NCBI GenBank assembly: GCA_963675745.2
Contig: CAXXWX010000026.1
Coordinates: forward strand, 288,001 to 352,000
Direction of reading: 5' to 3'
Source of the DNA: Phycisphaerae bacterium
Lineage (GTDB): Bacteria; Planctomycetota; Phycisphaerae; UBA1845; Fen-1342
Length of the DNA stretch: 64,000 bases
Positions 60,301 through 64,000 of the stretch are shown here, in pieces; position 1 is the first letter of the stretch, and every line of letters starts with the position of its first letter. Position numbers and translations under genes: made by a program. The notes beneath the pieces are model-generated. The model did no database searches. It saw nothing but the letters and a program-made list of their open reading frames with translations, and was not told where the DNA came from.

Positions 60301-60825
60301 TACCAGTCCGTCGGCCGCAACGGCGTTCTGCTGCTGAATGTGCCGCCCGACCGGCGCGGCCTGATTCACAAGGCCGACGCCGCCCGGCTGCATGCCTTCG
60401 GCGAGGTCATCAGCGAGACGTTCCGGCACAATCTGGCGGCGGGGAAACCAGCGACGGCGACTAGCGGTCAGACGCCGGCGAGCGCGGTTGATGATGACCC
60501 GCATACGTGCTGGGCCGCCGCCGCCGATGACAGTGCGCCGGTGTTGACCATAGACCTCGGCAACGCGGCGACGTTCGATCGCATCGCGCTGCAAGAGGAC
60601 ATCCGGCAGGGGCAACGCGTACGTGCGTTTGCCGTTGAGGTTTGGAGCGGTCAGGACTGGGACAACGTCGCCACGGGCACCACGATCGGCTACAAGCGCC
60701 TGCTGCGGATCGATCCGGTAGCGGCGACGCGGCTGCGCCTGGTCATCCGGGATATGCGTGCCGCCCCGATGATCAGCGAAATCGGGCTCTACAAGGCCTC
60801 GCCGCGAGAACGTCTCGCCGGCTAG
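57394..60825 (+). CDS. Tandem alpha-L-fucosidase: GH29 + Fn3/CHB_HEX-like + PA14 + second GH29 + F5/8 (CBM32)
   Basis: Domain 1: FIHWG/KHHDGF/WFDGEW. RYTTDGSEPT. PA14: SDDGSRLYI. Domain 2: FVHFG/KHHDGF/WFDGA/SVGRN. C-terminal TIGYKR. Confidence 0.92.
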   Translation: MTRMMRTLAALAIGGLAISSAAQMSDTPTSPLGEESQQQRDLRMQWWREARFGLFIHWGLYAIPAGQWGEQTHHGEWIMNTAHIPLERYEQFVAQFNPVKFDADRWAQIAKDAGMKYIVITSKHHDGFCLFDSAQTDYDVMSTPFKRDIMKELSEACRRHGLKMCWYHSIMDWHHPDYLPRRDWEERSAEGADFERFRTYLKSQVRELLTDYGEIGVMWFDGEWEATWNHEYGADLYNYVRGLRPDVIVNNRVDKGRGGMAGMTKDRRFTGDFGTPEQEIPTTGLPGVDWETCMTMNHHWGYNRLDDDWKSTEDLIRKLADIASKGGNFLLNVGPKADGTFPQESVDRLRAIGAWMKVNGESIYGTSASPFKSLPWGRCTQKRLPTGDTRLYLHVFDWPAAGDLTVPGIFNEARQAYLMANGDDEKLYVRRKDDALIIRLPADALDPIDTVVVLDVAGKADVADPPVISAPADIFVDTLEVTVSSDREKVVLRYTTDGSEPTPESPLVSGPIRLTQTATVTARVFRADRAVSGVSNTTFTKVVPQPAVTVPDTVAGVNYEYYEGEWDRLPDFDALTPVKTGTLDGFLFSPCERNERFGFRYTAYVRVPTSGVYTFYTLSDDGSRLYIGDELVVDNDGLHSLHEASGRIALDAGLHTITVTFFERTGGDGLEVTYAGPGIKKQRVPSRALFRSPTAAMLVPHPRQMAWQEMEVHAFVHFGINTFTDREWGDGTESPTLLNPTELDANQWVRDFKDAGMKQVVLSAKHHDGFCLWPSAYTEHSVKNSPWRDGRGDLVREVADACHAAGLKLGIYLSPWDRHEPTYGDSPRYNEHYKNQLRELLSNYGPIHEVWFDGACGEGPNGKKQVYDWDGYVALIRELQPDAVIFSDAGPDIRWVGNEQGFAGETNWSMLRRDEFYPGTPKHKQLTEGHEDGTHWVPAECDVSIRPGWFYHAGQDDQVKTVPQLVDLYYQSVGRNGVLLLNVPPDRRGLIHKADAARLHAFGEVISETFRHNLAAGKPATATSGQTPASAVDDDPHTCWAAAADDSAPVLTIDLGNAATFDRIALQEDIRQGQRVRAFAVEVWSGQDWDNVATGTTIGYKRLLRIDPVAATRLRLVIRDMRAAPMISEIGLYKASPRERLAG

Positions 60826-60887
60826 CCCCACGGATGCACGAGTGCGTGCGCGGCGAATGCGCGCATCGCAGAAGGTAGGAAACGCCT

Positions 60888-62714
60888 ATGCAACTCGCCC
60901 CGCTTGATTGGGTAATCGTCGTCGCGTTCTTTGCGACATCGCTGACGATCGGCTTCCTCGTGGCCCGCCGGGCCGGACGCAGCACGTCCGAGTTCTTCCT
61001 CTCCGGCCGCTCGATGCCCTGGTGGTTGCTCGGCATGTCGATGGTCGCGACCACGTTCTCGACCGACACGCCCAACCTCGTTACCGACATCGTTCGCCAG
61101 AACGGCGTCGCGGGAAACTGGGTCTGGTGGGCGTTTCTGCTGACGGGCATGCTGACCGTCTTCGTCTACGCCCGACTCTGGCGCCGTTCGGGTGTCACGA
61201 CCGACGTTGAGTTCTACGAGCTGCGTTATTCGGGCAAGGCCGCCGCCTTCCTGCGCGGGTTCCGCGCCATCTACCTCGGCGTGTTCTTCAATGTGTGCAT
61301 CATGGCCACGGTCTCGCTGGCGGCGATCAAGATCGGCGGCGTGATGTTTGAGTTCTCGCCGATCCAGACCATCCTCGTCGCCTCGGTCGTAACGGTCATC
61401 TTCAGCGCGCTCGGCGGCTTTCGGGCCGTCGTGTTGACCGACCTGCTGCTCTTCGTGATCGCGATGATCGGCGCCGTCGCCGCGGCGGCTGTCGCGTTGC
61501 GGCAGCCCGAGGTCGGCGGCCTGAGCGGCCTGCTCGCGCACGATGCGCTGGCCGACAAGCTCGCCATCTTTCCACAACCGCTCGCGACCGACTCCGGCGG
61601 CATGAGTTGGGAGCCGGTGATCATGCTCCTCGTTATCCCGCTCGCCGTGCAGTGGTGGAGCGTGTGGTATCCCGGTTCAGAACCGGGCGGCGGTGGTTAT
61701 GTCGCACAACGCATGCTCTCCGCCAAAAACGAGCGGCACGCCGTCGGTGCGACGTTCTTCTTCCAGGCGGCGCATTACGCACTGCGCCCGTGGCCCTGGA
61801 TTCTTGTCGCCCTCGCCTCGCTGATCGTCTTCCCAGACCTCGACGCGATTGCCAGCGCATTTCCGCACGTCGCCGCCGACAAAATCGGACACGATCTGGC
61901 CTATCCGGCGATGCTGACGTTCCTGCCGACCGGCCTGCTCGGGCTGGTGGTGGCGTCGCTGATTGCGGCGTACATGTCGACGATCTCCACGCACCTGAAC
62001 TGGGGTTCGAGCTACGTCGTCAACGACTTCTGGCAAAGGTTCATCAGCCCGCAGGCGAGCCAGGGCCAACTGGTCTGGGTCGGCCGGGTTTCGACGGTGT
62101 TGTTGATGGTCCTCGCCGGCGCGCTGGCGCTATGCCTGCAAAATGCCATGCAGGCGTTTAACATCCTGCTTCAAATCGGCGCGGGCACGGGGCTGCTGTT
62201 CATCCTGCGGTGGTTCTGGTGGCGTATTAACCCATACAGCGAGCTCGTCGCCATGGTGGTTTCGTTTGGCGTGGCGCTCATCATGCAGTTCACGGCGGCC
62301 GCCGCGTTACCGGCGTGGCTGCAATTGCTGATCGGCGTCGCGTTCACCACGTGTGCCTGGTTCGCTGTGACATTCGTCACGCCGCCCAGCGACGCCGCCA
62401 CGCTGCGCCGTTTCTACAAGCTGACGCGGCCCGGCGGCCCGGGCTGGCAACGCGTGCTGGCCGACGCCGCCCGCGACGGCGAAGACCTCGCCGGCGACGA
62501 AGCCACCCATTGGCAGGTCCCGCGCGGCATCCTTTGCATGCTGCTCGGCTGCGTGGCCGTCTATAGCGCCCTGTTCGGCACGGGCTATTGGATCTACGGT
62601 AACGCCCTGCTCGGCTGCGTGTTCACCATGACGTTCGTCGTTAGTTCCGTGCTGCTGGCGGTCGCGTCGCGCGGCTTGCTTAACTCGCACAATGAGGCAC
62701 CATCGGCGCCCTGA
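60888..62714 (+). CDS. Sodium:solute symporter family transporter
   Basis: FFLSGRSMPWW; ATTFSTDTP; QRMLSAKNE; AAYMST; many TM segments. Confidence 0.92.
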   Translation: MQLAPLDWVIVVAFFATSLTIGFLVARRAGRSTSEFFLSGRSMPWWLLGMSMVATTFSTDTPNLVTDIVRQNGVAGNWVWWAFLLTGMLTVFVYARLWRRSGVTTDVEFYELRYSGKAAAFLRGFRAIYLGVFFNVCIMATVSLAAIKIGGVMFEFSPIQTILVASVVTVIFSALGGFRAVVLTDLLLFVIAMIGAVAAAAVALRQPEVGGLSGLLAHDALADKLAIFPQPLATDSGGMSWEPVIMLLVIPLAVQWWSVWYPGSEPGGGGYVAQRMLSAKNERHAVGATFFFQAAHYALRPWPWILVALASLIVFPDLDAIASAFPHVAADKIGHDLAYPAMLTFLPTGLLGLVVASLIAAYMSTISTHLNWGSSYVVNDFWQRFISPQASQGQLVWVGRVSTVLLMVLAGALALCLQNAMQAFNILLQIGAGTGLLFILRWFWWRINPYSELVAMVVSFGVALIMQFTAAAALPAWLQLLIGVAFTTCAWFAVTFVTPPSDAATLRRFYKLTRPGGPGWQRVLADAARDGEDLAGDEATHWQVPRGILCMLLGCVAVYSALFGTGYWIYGNALLGCVFTMTFVVSSVLLAVASRGLLNSHNEAPSAP

Positions 62715-62737
62715 ATCTCACGCCGGAGTCAACTGAC

Positions 62738-64000
62738 ATGTTCACCGCGATAGGATTGATCATGACCATGCTCACCAGTGAAGTCGCTTACCCGATTATC
62801 CCCCACCCCGCCACGCTCGAACCGCGCCCCGGCGCGTTTGCGCTCAAGTCTGACACGCCGTTGATCGCGACATCGGCCGACGCGCAGCCGGTCGCCGCTT
62901 ATCTGTCCGAACAACTCGCCGGCGAGTTCGGCTTGAAGCTCGACGTCCAAACCGCGCCGGACGCACCAGCCCGCGCGATCGTCTTGACACTCGACACGAA
63001 CCTCACCGCCGGCGATGAAGCCTATGTGCTCGACATTTCACGTGAAACGGCCCGGCTCAGCGCGCCGCATCCGCACGGCCTGATTCACGGCGTGCAGACG
63101 ATTCGTCAGCTTCTGGCGAAGGATGACGGGAACTGGCGGCTGCCGGCGTGCCACATCGAAGACCAGCCGCATTATCGCTGGCGGGGCATGCTGCTCGACT
63201 GCGGGCGGCACTTCATGCCCAAGGAATTCGTCAAGCGCTACATCGACCTGCTGGCCTATCACAAGATGAACGTCCTGCACTGGCACCTGACCGAAGACCA
63301 GGGCTGGCGCATCGAAATCAAGAAGTACCCCAAGCTGACCGAGATAGGCGCATGGCGGGACGCGACGCGCGACTCAGAGCAACCACGCGACGGCCAGCGC
63401 TATGGCGGCTTCTACACGCAGGACGACGTGCGCGAGATCGTCGCCTATGCCGCCAGCCGTCACATCACCATCGTGCCCGAAATCGAAATGCCCGGGCACA
63501 GCGTGGCGGCGTTGGCGGCGTACCCGGAACTGTCCTGCACCGGCGAACCGCTAGAGGTAATGACGCAATGGGGCATACACCGCGACGTGTACTGCGCGGG
63601 TAACGAGCAGGTCTTTGAGTTCCTCGAGGACGTGTTGACCGAGGTGATGGAGCTGTTTCCGTCGGAGTACATCCACGTCGGCGGCGACGAGTCACCGAAG
63701 GACCGCTGGAAAACCTGTCCCAAGTGCCAGGCACGGATCAAAGCCGAGGGGCTGGCTGACGAGCACGAGCTGCAAAGCTACTTCATCCGGCGGATGGAGA
63801 AGTTCCTCAGCGCCCACGGCCGCCGACTGGTGGGCTGGGACGAGATCTTGGAAGGCGGCTTGGCGCCGGGTGCGACGGTGCAATCGTGGCGGGGCATGAA
63901 AGGGGCGATCGCCGCCGCCCAGGCCGGCCACGACGTGATCTCATCGCCGACCAGCAACTGCTACCTCGATTATGCGCAAGCGGACGCGCCGGGCGAGCCG
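62738..64000 (+). CDS. Beta-N-acetylhexosaminidase (GH20), truncated at the window end
   Basis: Not in the ORF track; translated by hand: PIIPHP...WRGMLLDCGRH...HWHLTEDQGWR...PEIEMPGH...HVGGDE. Confidence 0.93.
   Translation, partial: MFTAIGLIMTMLTSEVAYPIIPHPATLEPRPGAFALKSDTPLIATSADAQPVAAYLSEQLAGEFGLKLDVQTAPDAPARAIVLTLDTNLTAGDEAYVLDISRETARLSAPHPHGLIHGVQTIRQLLAKDDGNWRLPACHIEDQPHYRWRGMLLDCGRHFMPKEFVKRYIDLLAYHKMNVLHWHLTEDQGWRIEIKKYPKLTEIGAWRDATRDSEQPRDGQRYGGFYTQDDVREIVAYAASRHITIVPEIEMPGHSVAALAAYPELSCTGEPLEVMTQWGIHRDVYCAGNEQVFEFLEDVLTEVMELFPSEYIHVGGDESPKDRWKTCPKCQARIKAEGLADEHELQSYFIRRMEKFLSAHGRRLVGWDEILEGGLAPGATVQSWRGMKGAIAAAQAGHDVISSPTSNCYLDYAQADAPGEP

Overview
GC-rich bacterial chromosomal window, most likely from a Planctomycetota (Phycisphaerae-like) genome. 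This is inferred from dockerin-like C-termini on secreted proteins, a small coiled-coil gene and archaeal-type PheRS. From left to right it contains: a truncated GH9-type gene; an NHL lipoprotein; REP/REPIN-like palindromes; a multidomain peptidoglycan amidase; a frameshifted secreted propeller; a sigma54-controlled orp-like (orange protein) Fe-S/metal-cofactor operon with its PAS regulator and a readable -24/-12, IHF and UAS architecture; archaeal-type pheS/pheT (pheT has a Zn-ribbon insert); rsfS; an oversized membrane pyrophosphatase; GH57/GT4; a UPF0016-ferritin-like fusion; gpmA; a UDP-HexNAc dehydrogenase; a peptidoglycan-peptide recycling trio; CAZymes; a candidate cohesin-dockerin protein; a NagB fusion; a TonB receptor/SBP/hybrid kinase module; and a glycan-degradation cluster (GH2, GH38, double GH29, SSS, GH20). 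I found no rRNA, tRNA, CRISPR array, transposase or prophage. All calls come from reading motifs by eye; no searches were run.
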